From IMG/VR virus record IMGVR_UViG_3300006310_000001: a stretch of 64,000 bases of DNA; one strand, 5' to 3'. The notes below the pieces were generated by a model. It saw nothing but the letters and a program-made list of their open reading frames with translations. It did no database searches and was not told where the DNA came from. Position 1 is the first letter of the stretch. Each line of letters opens with the position of its first letter. This document shows, piece by piece, positions 47,401 to 56,223 of this stretch. Source of the DNA: a virus. A program made the translations under genes and the position numbers.

Positions 47401-47429
47401 AAAAAAAAGGGGAGTAAAAACTCCCCCTT
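47401..47429 (-). terminator. rho-independent terminator after gp23
   Basis: GGGGAGT/ACTCCCC stem plus T8. Confidence 0.88.
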
Positions 47430-47465
47430 AATTCTGTTTGAAAAATGTTTTTCAAACCAATGAAA

Positions 47466-48806
47466 TTACATCAAGTTCGCAACTTGAACTTTTTGGTAAT
47501 ATCTGTTAGCGTTAGCACTTCCAGCGTCATTTACTGCTGTAGCAGCACCTGATTGAGCACCAGTTTCAGCGAATGGATTAGCAATTAAGCCATATCTAGT
47601 CTTGAATCCGATTTTCGGTTGGAAAGTGTCTTGACCAACTGCACGAACCATTTGTAAAGGAACATATGGGCAGTAAAAAATACCTGCGTCATATGGTGAT
47701 GTTCCTTTATATCCAACAACATAATACTGTTTAGCAGTACTGTTTGCTGAATAAGGATCAATGTATACTTTAAATCTACCGTTAAGAACACCTGCAAAAG
47801 TATTGCCTGTGTCATCAACATTTAGGTTGTTATTTAAAGCTGGAGTGTAATCTAATACACCTGCCATTTGAAGAGCAGAAGCTACATCAGATGAACAGAT
47901 AATTATATTACCTTTTCCTCTTCTGGTTCTTTGAGCGATTCTATTAGCATCACGTTCCAATTGGAACATTAAGCCTTTGAATCTTTCAACAGACCATCTA
48001 CCATTAGAGTCTGTATCTAGGTCAAAAATACCAGCAGTTGTTACGTTACCAGTTTGAGCACCTTTTTCTGAATTAATGTAAATAGTTCTTACAACTTCTC
48101 TATTAATTTCTGCTAAAATTTCAGCAGATAAGATGTTTGCAAGTTCTGTTTCAGCATCTAAACCGTGGATTGCTTTTAAATCTTGAGCAAGTTCCATAGT
48201 GTATTCAGCCTTTAGAGCTCTTGATTTAGCAGTTACAGTAGATTTCTCTATTGAGAAAGCCATTTCTGCAAATGCATTACCGCTAGCGTCGCCTAATGCT
48301 TCAGCTTTCGCTGTAGTCATAGCTGTTCCAGCTGTATATGTTCCAGGTGAACCGTCGTTTAAGACAGCTGGGTTTGCACCCGAGTGGTCAGTCGCTGAGT
48401 AGCCATCAACAGAAGATCCAGCAGCATTTCTGCCTGAAAAGTCTGTGTCTGCTTCGTCAAAGAATGATTCTCCGCCTGCTTGTGAAGTATATCTACTTCT
48501 CATTGCGAAAATTAGTCCTGTCGGACCAGTCATTGGTTGAACACCTGCGATATCGTATGCAATTAAATTCGGCATTGCTCTACGTACTAATGAAATTAGA
48601 ATTGGATCCCAATTCGCTACAGCACTACCTGTTGCGTTTGTTGGAGCCGCTTCTGCCAAGTAAGCAGAGTCTTCTTTAGAAGCTCTTTCTTGGTTTTCTA
48701 ATATCACGGATGTAACGGCACGTCTATAAGCATCAGTAATTTTTGGTAAATCAGGATGCTCTAGTACTGGCTGCCATTTTTTTTCGTGTGTTTCAGATAA
48801 GTACAT
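47466..48806 (-). CDS. 23: major capsid protein gp23
   Basis: GVQPMTGPTGLIFAMR, RALKAEYT.ELAQDL and GFKTRYG. Confidence 0.98.
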   Translation of the reverse strand: MYLSETHEKKWQPVLEHPDLPKITDAYRRAVTSVILENQERASKEDSAYLAEAAPTNATGSAVANWDPILISLVRRAMPNLIAYDIAGVQPMTGPTGLIFAMRSRYTSQAGGESFFDEADTDFSGRNAAGSSVDGYSATDHSGANPAVLNDGSPGTYTAGTAMTTAKAEALGDASGNAFAEMAFSIEKSTVTAKSRALKAEYTMELAQDLKAIHGLDAETELANILSAEILAEINREVVRTIYINSEKGAQTGNVTTAGIFDLDTDSNGRWSVERFKGLMFQLERDANRIAQRTRRGKGNIIICSSDVASALQMAGVLDYTPALNNNLNVDDTGNTFAGVLNGRFKVYIDPYSANSTAKQYYVVGYKGTSPYDAGIFYCPYVPLQMVRAVGQDTFQPKIGFKTRYGLIANPFAETGAQSGAATAVNDAGSANANRYYQKVQVANLM

Positions 48807-48828
48807 ATGTGTTTATCTCCCTTTATAT

Positions 48829-50046
48829 TTACTTAATAGACAGTTTAATGTCTTTAGTTTTGCTTATAGCGGCGCTGTAAGCAGCCATAGAATTTGATAA
48901 ATCAGGATTAACTGATCCATCTGCCGCCACATCATCTAGGTTCTCTTTCGCTTCATTATTTTTCTTTCCAAAATAAGATTCTTTAACAGTTTCTAATTTC
49001 TTCTGATAGTCTTTTGCGTTAGAGTATTCAATTCCTTCGGCAAGTTTAGCAAACTTTTCTTTTGCTGTGTCAGCAAGGTCTTCAGAAACTTTAGTTTTGA
49101 TTTCATCTCTAACTTTAGTTCCAACTTCCTTATTTAACTCAACATTTTTTTGAATTTGCTCATTGAGGTCTTTTTCCAGTTTTTCAATTTTACCTGCTTG
49201 GTCTTCAAGCACATTATATTTTTCATCTGGTACATCAATGTAATGGTCTTCAAATAATTTTTTCAGACCATTGATAAAGTCTTCAGCAATTTCTCCTTTG
49301 ATACCTCGTTCAAGAGCGATTTCGTTTTCTTTCATCCACTCTTCAACAACATATGCTAAGTAAGAATCAACTTTTTCAGTTAATTCAGATTTTGCTTTAG
49401 CACTTTCTTGCTCAAATTTTTTGTTATAATCTGTTTCCAATTCTTCAGTAATTTCTTTTACTTTAGATTTGATAGCCGCTTCAAAAATAGTAGCAGCTTT
49501 AGCCTTAAACTCTTCGGTTAAGTCTTTTTCTCCAGCGATAAGAGCGTCAACGTGTTCTTTTACGTCAATCTCTTTTTTCTTTTCTTTGTCTTCGTCTTCT
49601 GTTCTTACTTCAGCGTCATCTTTTTTCTTATCGTCTTTCTTTTCGTCAGACTCTTTGACATCTTTTTTATCTTTTTTAGCGTCAATAGCTTTTTGAAGTG
49701 CTGGTGGTAAGTCGCCTTCCTTAATTTCTTTACCGTCTTTGTCTTTAGTTTCTTTATTCTCCAATTTAGTGTTGTGTCCACTCAATTTAGGCATTGCGTC
49801 AGCAGCGCCTTGTGATTTTTGAGGAGCTTGTCCAGAAACTTTTTTCATCTTTTTAGTTGCGTCAGGATTGCTGTCTGTAGGTTTAACTACTGCCTTACCT
49901 AAATCTTCATATTCACTCATTTTAGCAATATGAGAAGGTTCAGCCGCCACAGCATTCTTTTTAGGAGCATCCGCTTGAGGATTAGGTGAATTCGCCTCTT
50001 CCACTGCTTTTGCTTCTAACGCTTCTATTTTGTCTGTTTCAGCCAT
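48829..50046 (-). CDS. 22: prohead core scaffold gp22
   Basis: KAATIFEAA, YVVEEWM.EN; position between gp21 and gp23. Confidence 0.92.
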   Translation of the reverse strand: MAETDKIEALEAKAVEEANSPNPQADAPKKNAVAAEPSHIAKMSEYEDLGKAVVKPTDSNPDATKKMKKVSGQAPQKSQGAADAMPKLSGHNTKLENKETKDKDGKEIKEGDLPPALQKAIDAKKDKKDVKESDEKKDDKKKDDAEVRTEDEDKEKKKEIDVKEHVDALIAGEKDLTEEFKAKAATIFEAAIKSKVKEITEELETDYNKKFEQESAKAKSELTEKVDSYLAYVVEEWMKENEIALERGIKGEIAEDFINGLKKLFEDHYIDVPDEKYNVLEDQAGKIEKLEKDLNEQIQKNVELNKEVGTKVRDEIKTKVSEDLADTAKEKFAKLAEGIEYSNAKDYQKKLETVKESYFGKKNNEAKENLDDVAADGSVNPDLSNSMAAYSAAISKTKDIKLSIK

Positions 50047-50104
50047 TTGAAAACTCTCCTTAATTAATTTAAACGTTTAAATTAGTTCTCTCTTTGTTAA
50101 TAGA

Positions 50105-50112
50105 TATTTATA
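50105..50112 (-). promoter_or_regulatory. late promoter TATAAATA
   Basis: Exact consensus upstream of gp22. Confidence 0.75.
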
Positions 50113-50115
50113 AGA

Positions 50116-50763
50116 TTATAGATTTTCAATGAATTTTTTGAATACATCTGCCTTTGCTTCTGCTAAACGTAGTCTTTTTGCTTCATTTATGTACTGTTTC
50201 CACTCTTCAATATCTCTCTCTTTGATAACACCATTGTCCCATACCCACTCTTTGTTTTCCATAATACCTTCTACGAAAGCGTCTGGAGCACTCGGGTCTG
50301 CAACAATATCAGCGGCAGTTGCTAAGTAAAAATCTCTTCCTACTTCGTTAACTCCACCTCGTCCACGCACTAGTGATCCCATACCTCTTGAAGATACTCC
50401 TAATTGAGCACCTTCCTGAATAAGATTTTTAACAATCTTACCATATGGTGTGTCCATCACTTTTGCTTCACCAACAAAATTATGTCCATCAGGATGTAAG
50501 TCTGTTATCATATGACTTACTCTTTCAAGATTTACAACTGGTCCATCAGGATGTCCTAACTCGCCAAATGCACGTCTTTTATTGATAAATTCTCTATTGT
50601 ATCTTGAAACTTCTTTTTGCAATATCTCTTTAGGATAGACTCTGCCATTCCTATTTTTGATATCTGCTTGTAAAAAGATACCTTTAATTTTAAATTGTTT
50701 TTTGCCGCCAACTTCTTCTACAATAAACTTTGAATCGGCTGCTTCTTCTGTAATTAGTTTCAT
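50116..50763 (-). CDS. 21: prohead protease gp21
   Basis: NRNGRVYP, GELGHP, GVSSRG and DPSAP. Confidence 0.96.
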   Translation of the reverse strand: MKLITEEAADSKFIVEEVGGKKQFKIKGIFLQADIKNRNGRVYPKEILQKEVSRYNREFINKRRAFGELGHPDGPVVNLERVSHMITDLHPDGHNFVGEAKVMDTPYGKIVKNLIQEGAQLGVSSRGMGSLVRGRGGVNEVGRDFYLATAADIVADPSAPDAFVEGIMENKEWVWDNGVIKERDIEEWKQYINEAKRLRLAEAKADVFKKFIENL

Positions 50764-50778
50764 AGTTCTCTCTCTTAC

Positions 50779-50786
50779 TATTTATA
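50779..50786 (-). promoter_or_regulatory. late promoter TATAAATA
   Basis: Exact consensus upstream of gp21. Confidence 0.75.
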
Positions 50787-50793
50787 AGATTTT

Positions 50794-51186
50794 TTATCTA
50801 AATTCAACAAGTATTGAGTAGTTATCGCCCTTAGCAAAGTTCTTTGTACTTAACAATACATCACCTGTAGGTGTTGTAGCATTGTTTGGAAATGAGTTTC
50901 CATCAGTTCTTAAATCTATTGTTCCTTGTCCTGATAAAAATAAAGCAGTAGCATTTGCAACACCGCCCCATATTAATTCTACTCCTGATTTATTATCAGA
51001 CGTATTGATAGAATAATACACTCTTGCTATACGTCTTTCACCATCTTCGGTCATAAAAGTTGTTTCTGAAGCGTCTATTTTTAGTACGTTATTTTCACCA
51101 GAACCATCTGATAAGTTAGTCATCTTAATTACGTACTTAACTCCAGATGTATCTGCTATTGTTTGTGTTGTAACTGTATCTGCCAT
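50794..51186 (-). CDS. hypothetical, probable virion protein (130 aa)
   Basis: Lies in the head operon; MADTVT-type N-terminus. Confidence 0.6.
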   Translation of the reverse strand: MADTVTTQTIADTSGVKYVIKMTNLSDGSGENNVLKIDASETTFMTEDGERRIARVYYSINTSDNKSGVELIWGGVANATALFLSGQGTIDLRTDGNSFPNNATTPTGDVLLSTKNFAKGDNYSILVEFR

Positions 51187-51187
51187 A

Positions 51188-51424
51188 TTAGAATCCTACG
51201 TGTGTAGCATCAAAAAAATCTTTTGATAATTCGCCACGTTCTACTGTTGTTCCTTTTTTTCTACATCTAGCATAAATCTTATTTACTTGTCCTGTTCCAG
51301 GAGTTGTATAAGTTCTTATGCCACCTGAATAAGTTCCAGGTGCGTCTGCATACGTATTGGATGCTGTGGCACTATTTTCATATTGCCAAATACTATTTGA
51401 TCCTGGTACATCTACCCACGCCAT
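51188..51424 (-). CDS. hypothetical protein (78 aa)
   Basis: Coupled ORF in the head operon. Confidence 0.6.
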   Translation of the reverse strand: MAWVDVPGSNSIWQYENSATASNTYADAPGTYSGGIRTYTTPGTGQVNKIYARCRKKGTTVERGELSKDFFDATHVGF

Positions 51425-51425
51425 A

Positions 51426-51680
51426 TTACTCTCCTAATTGTTCTTCTACTTCTTTGTCAAAATATTGATATAGTTCTTCTTTATTTATTTTTCTTGCTTC
51501 AGCAACTCTCTCTACTGAATTTTCAAATTTACTTATAATATCTCCAGATGTTCTTTCAATTAGATTGAAAGTATCTTGTACTGCTAACTTTAGTTTAGGA
51601 GATAAATCTCCATAACTTTTAGAGTCAAGATACTTACTATCTTCAACTATCTTACTTGTAAAAAGTAAACTCGTATCCAT
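51426..51680 (-). CDS. hypothetical, possible prohead core protein
   Basis: Position between gp20 and gp21. Confidence 0.55.
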   Translation of the reverse strand: MDTSLLFTSKIVEDSKYLDSKSYGDLSPKLKLAVQDTFNLIERTSGDIISKFENSVERVAEARKINKEELYQYFDKEVEEQLGE

Positions 51681-51682
51681 TT

Positions 51683-52066
51683 CTATACACCTGCGTCTGG
51701 CGCTGGTGTTCCTACACCTGCGTCTGGTGGTGTTTCGTGTCCTGGTGCCATAGTTGGCGCTTCAGGTTTACTTGCTTCTGGACTCGGTTCTTTAGTCGGT
51801 TCAAAAGCTATTTCTTTTCCATCTGTATCCATAATTTTATCAGTTCTCGGACTTGCTGACGTTACCGCAGGTTTAGGGTCACTAAATTTTTCAGGTTCTA
51901 TACCTTTAAAAATTTTGCCAGCAACATCTACTCTTTGTCTATCAAGAGCACTTGCTACTTTATCTCTTAAAGCATCCTTAAATGCTTCTCCTGCGTCTGC
52001 GTTTTTACCCGCTTGTAATTTGTCAATAAACTCCGCTGTCTTACTTGGAACGCTTGGGTCTGCCAT
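51683..52066 (-). CDS. probable prohead core protein (gp67-like position) with Pro-rich tail
   Basis: Follows the portal; PDAGV occurs twice at the C-terminus. Confidence 0.55.
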   Translation of the reverse strand: MADPSVPSKTAEFIDKLQAGKNADAGEAFKDALRDKVASALDRQRVDVAGKIFKGIEPEKFSDPKPAVTSASPRTDKIMDTDGKEIAFEPTKEPSPEASKPEAPTMAPGHETPPDAGVGTPAPDAGV

Positions 52067-53595
52067 TACATATCTCCTTCTATACTATCTTTATTTGCTG
52101 TATATTGTTGCATAGGGTCTGCAAGTATACCATCTTTAACTTCTCTTTTAATTTGACTGTTTATGTCTTCAATATCCCTATCGTTTTGTCGTAAAATTTT
52201 CTTACGAACATACTCTACTGAATAATACTTACCTACATAATCTCTTACTGAATCGGCAAGTCTTAATCTTTCTAATAACATTTCAGAATCTTTTAGTTCA
52301 GCAAAATGTCCATCTTGCAAAAAGTCATATTGGATTACATCCCTTATAACTAACCAATCTTCATCCGTAATAACGGCTTTTAAAACTAATTGAGTTCTTA
52401 ATATATCGTTAAATATTTCAGTAAATTTCTTTCTTAATCTTTGTACAAATTTCGTAAATTTAAGTTCATCTCTAGTAATTTCAGTTGAACGTCCTAGATT
52501 AAATCCAGTTGACGCTTCTAATCTACTAGCAGGAACATTTAAAGAACGATATAATTTACTTCTAAAGTATTCTATATCTCCCATTTCACCAAGATTTTGT
52601 CCACCTTGTAAAGTAGTAATATCAGTTCCTCTTCCACCTTCTCTACTTGGTAACCAAAAGTCTTCAAGCATTGACATATAATTTCTGTCATCACGTATCT
52701 CACCTGTACTTGCGTCATAGACAAGTTTGTTTCTATATCTTGCCATAACATCACGTAAGTATTGTTCTGCTTTTACTTTAGGTAAATTACCAACATCAAT
52801 TTTAAATATACGTCTTTCTGGTGCTCTTGCAATTCTGTATATAACACTTGCGTCCTCAATCATACGTAATTGATTAACAGGTTTAATTGCTTTATGTAAA
52901 TATGATAAGACCATATTTTTGTTTTGGTCTATCAGTCCACTTGGACAAAATGCTATTGCGTCAACAGCAATTTTAATTCCACCAGATGTAGTATTTGTAA
53001 CACCTTTTTCATTAAACAAAAAGTATTCTTTAACTTCATCAATAACATTTAAACCATATGGAGTAGGTCCATCTGGTCTTCTCTTTCTTACTTCTCTAAT
53101 CTTTTTAATTTTTCTAGGGTCTATATATCTTAATTCTGTAATACCCTTTCTTGTAGATTCTCTATCAATTACTTTATGATAATATAATCTACCGTCCACG
53201 TACCATCTTCTAAAGATATCGTGACCTCTAGTATGGAAGTTCATCAATCTTAAAACTTCTTTAAACTCGTCTTCTATTTTTCTTCTGACATCTTTACCGA
53301 ATGGTAAATATTCTAGGTTTAATCTTATTGCGTCTTTGACTTCGTTTGCAACAATTGATTCATTTATTATATCCTCAATTGCCATATCGCACTCGGGATG
53401 TAAAGCGATTTCTCTATAACGTCTGATAAGGTCTTGCTCGGTCTTTGTCTGACCTTCCATATCCAAGTATTGACCGTAATACCCACCAGCGGCGATGGTT
53501 TGTGTTCCATCATCCGCTTGTGGTTGTGTAAATGCTTGTTTTGGATCTTGAGGTTTCTTAACCCTTGTTATAGAAAATCCAAATAGTTCAGCCAT
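52066..53595 (-). CDS. 20: portal protein gp20
   Basis: IYRIARAPERRIFKIDVGNLP and EDFWLPSREGGRGT. Confidence 0.97.
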   Translation of the reverse strand: MAELFGFSITRVKKPQDPKQAFTQPQADDGTQTIAAGGYYGQYLDMEGQTKTEQDLIRRYREIALHPECDMAIEDIINESIVANEVKDAIRLNLEYLPFGKDVRRKIEDEFKEVLRLMNFHTRGHDIFRRWYVDGRLYYHKVIDRESTRKGITELRYIDPRKIKKIREVRKRRPDGPTPYGLNVIDEVKEYFLFNEKGVTNTTSGGIKIAVDAIAFCPSGLIDQNKNMVLSYLHKAIKPVNQLRMIEDASVIYRIARAPERRIFKIDVGNLPKVKAEQYLRDVMARYRNKLVYDASTGEIRDDRNYMSMLEDFWLPSREGGRGTDITTLQGGQNLGEMGDIEYFRSKLYRSLNVPASRLEASTGFNLGRSTEITRDELKFTKFVQRLRKKFTEIFNDILRTQLVLKAVITDEDWLVIRDVIQYDFLQDGHFAELKDSEMLLERLRLADSVRDYVGKYYSVEYVRKKILRQNDRDIEDINSQIKREVKDGILADPMQQYTANKDSIEGDM

Positions 53596-53622
53596 AATTT
53601 ATTCTCCTTAAAAATACACTAC

Positions 53623-53630
53623 TATTTATA
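53623..53630 (-). promoter_or_regulatory. late promoter TATAAATA
   Basis: Exact consensus upstream of gp20. Confidence 0.75.
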
Positions 53631-53638
53631 AGTAGTTT

Positions 53639-54166
53639 TTAAGTAGTTGTAGTACTTTCAAAGTATTGGAACGCTAACGTAACACTTGTTTCTGATATAT
53701 CAGTTTTAGCAGCATAATCCAATGGAATTGCGTTAATCGCTGTAGGAAATACACCTCTTAAAGTGTAAGTCTTAATTTGATTACCGTTTCTGTCCAATTG
53801 GTCTACGAATGCGTCAACTTGATAGTCAACAGGATTTGTTAATCCTTCGTTATCAGTCATATTGTTTATACCGTTCATCCATCTTTCAAATGCATTACGC
53901 AATTTGAAATTAGTATCATTTATTACTTTGATAGACCAGTCTGCAATTGTTCTATCTCCAGCGATTTTTATAGCTCGTCCTCTAAAAGGAACTTCTATTG
54001 CTGTAATTGCCATTCCTGGTAATTCAGCACCTTGACATAAAAATGCTAGGTCTTCTATTTCTCCACCAACTTGAGCGTAGCCTGGGAAAGGCATAACCAC
54101 TTTATACTGGTTACTTCTTGCGCCGCCGCCCGAAAGTTTAGCTTTGAAATCATTTATGTTTGCCAT
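53639..54166 (-). CDS. 19: tail tube protein gp19
   Basis: GGGARSNQY, FRGRAIKIAGDR and VTLAFQY. Confidence 0.95.
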   Translation of the reverse strand: MANINDFKAKLSGGGARSNQYKVVMPFPGYAQVGGEIEDLAFLCQGAELPGMAITAIEVPFRGRAIKIAGDRTIADWSIKVINDTNFKLRNAFERWMNGINNMTDNEGLTNPVDYQVDAFVDQLDRNGNQIKTYTLRGVFPTAINAIPLDYAAKTDISETSVTLAFQYFESTTTT

Positions 54167-54190
54167 TTTATTTCTCCGTTATTCTCTCTA

Positions 54191-56110
54191 TTAGCTAGCG
54201 ACCTCTTCAAAGGAAACGCCTGTTCTTGTTGCAACGAATTGCAATGAGATAAAGTTGATACTTCTAGCAGGTTTAACAAAAATTTCTGCTACAAATTCGT
54301 TTCTATCTATTACTTCGCCTGTGTTGTTAGTTTCATCACACACTACTAAAAAGTCTGTGATACCTCTTCGTCCTTGTACTTCTCTTAAAAATGGTTCTAC
54401 CATATTTCTAAATCCAGCTCTAGTGAATTCATCATTGAATTCAAATAGTTGAACTTTAGAAGCAGATGATATTGCCTTTTCTAAAACGATAAACAATCTT
54501 CGTACATTGACTCTGTCAAATGCACTAGGATTTGTTAGTCCAGTTTTATCACCGAATAATACAGTTCCTTGTCCTGGGAACGTAGTCACAGGATTTACTC
54601 TTGCTCTGTATAATTCATCTCTTTGTGATTTAGTTGGATTAAATGCCAGTTTAACAGCACCTCTTACTACACCTCGGTTTAATCCTGCAGGTGAGTACCA
54701 AGCGTCTGCAAGCATATCAGTTCTTGCTGATAATCCTGCCATATCGCTATTTAAAGGTACATATCTATAAATGTCATTATATCTATCGTACATATATTTG
54801 TAACCGCTATCAAAAAACACATAAGAAGATGAAGAAATTCCATTAAAGAAATTTACAACATTATCTTTTTGTGTTGCTGAGTTAGTTACATTAACTACAT
54901 CACTTCTTTCAGGACTTGCAAAAACTACACAGTCTTTTCTGTTTTCAGCAATAGTAATTAAATTGTCTATATGTGTTGAGTCACCAGCACCTGCAATGAT
55001 TAATCCAACGTCTGTTGTTTCAGCGTCTTGGTATTTTTCATAAGCAGATTTAACTTGAGCAGTTGTAGCAGTTGTACCGTCAGAACCATTTGATAATGAT
55101 ACTTTGCTTACAGAAGTTACGTCTGTAAATGCAGTACTTGCTGCCGCCGTGCCCCAATTGGATCCAGAAGCGTTGTGGTCCATCCAGAAAACGTAATTAC
55201 TTGAATTGTAAAGTACGTCTGAATAGTAATTAGTGTCACCTTGAGGACTCTTAGCGTCTGAAGCTTTTGATACTGCTTCAAATTTTTCTAAAACTTCCCC
55301 TTTAGTTCCATTAATTCCACCGTCTTCGTCAACTACAATTATATGTAGTTCATCTCCACTTCCACCTCTTGATTGAGCGTAAGTAGATGTTCCTGGTGCT
55401 TTATTAAATAGGTCATAATATGTCCATCTTCGTCTTACATTAGCACCATTTGTAATAGTCTTTTGTAATCCAGAAGAGTCAGAAGTACCAATATATGTTG
55501 GTTCTTCTTTTCGCACAATGTTTAAGTCATTAGTAGCAACACTAATAACTCTATATTCATATTCATCACCAAAATTAACTATATCTCCAGCACTAATTCC
55601 TGTAGAGGATGTAACTGAAACTACTGTATCTCCGACATTTGTTGAAGCGTCAGCAACAGTTGTTTTAGCAGTTTCTTCATAAGCAGTAGCAGAAGGACAT
55701 TGAGAAATACATAAATTATTTCCCCACGCACCCGCTGTTCTACTAGCCCACATTCCTACAGAAGCAGAACCGTCAGCATAATTGTTTTGGTAATCAGTAG
55801 TATTCTTTATAACAAACGCACTACCACTTTCAGTTGCGTTTGAAACAGATGAGTTCTGTACACGAACTACTTTCAAGTTATTTGAATATTGTAAAAAGTT
55901 TGAAGCACTAAAATAACTCTCAAAATTAGAGCTATCTGGTTTTCCAAACGTTAACAATAAATCAGATTCGCTACCGATACTTACAACTTCGTCAAGAGGA
56001 CCCTTACTGAAAGTTCCAGCAAAAGCTCCAGAAGACGTTGAAACGGCAGGAATAATTCTTGTTAAGTCTTTTTCCTGTACGAGAACACCTGGTGATACTT
56101 GAAATGCCAT
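54191..56110 (-). CDS. 18: tail sheath protein gp18
   Basis: SPGVLVQEKD, SPAGLNRG, GDKT and NVRRLF. Confidence 0.97.
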   Translation of the reverse strand: MAFQVSPGVLVQEKDLTRIIPAVSTSSGAFAGTFSKGPLDEVVSIGSESDLLLTFGKPDSSNFESYFSASNFLQYSNNLKVVRVQNSSVSNATESGSAFVIKNTTDYQNNYADGSASVGMWASRTAGAWGNNLCISQCPSATAYEETAKTTVADASTNVGDTVVSVTSSTGISAGDIVNFGDEYEYRVISVATNDLNIVRKEEPTYIGTSDSSGLQKTITNGANVRRRWTYYDLFNKAPGTSTYAQSRGGSGDELHIIVVDEDGGINGTKGEVLEKFEAVSKASDAKSPQGDTNYYSDVLYNSSNYVFWMDHNASGSNWGTAAASTAFTDVTSVSKVSLSNGSDGTTATTAQVKSAYEKYQDAETTDVGLIIAGAGDSTHIDNLITIAENRKDCVVFASPERSDVVNVTNSATQKDNVVNFFNGISSSSYVFFDSGYKYMYDRYNDIYRYVPLNSDMAGLSARTDMLADAWYSPAGLNRGVVRGAVKLAFNPTKSQRDELYRARVNPVTTFPGQGTVLFGDKTGLTNPSAFDRVNVRRLFIVLEKAISSASKVQLFEFNDEFTRAGFRNMVEPFLREVQGRRGITDFLVVCDETNNTGEVIDRNEFVAEIFVKPARSINFISLQFVATRTGVSFEEVAS

Positions 56111-56204
56111 TAGGTTTTCTCCTTATAATTAACTAATTAGTTTGTATCTTTTCGCATATTCCGTATGTTTTCATACGACCATAGTCAAATTTCATAACTA
56201 TGGA

Positions 56205-56212
56205 TATTTATA
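56205..56212 (-). promoter_or_regulatory. late promoter TATAAATA
   Basis: Exact consensus upstream of gp18. Confidence 0.75.
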
Positions 56213-56223
56213 TAATACTTAAT

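Noticed and set aside
51685-51727. Short direct repeat ACACCTGCGTCTGG
   Set aside because: It only encodes the duplicated PDAGV in a Pro-rich tail; no sign of mobility.
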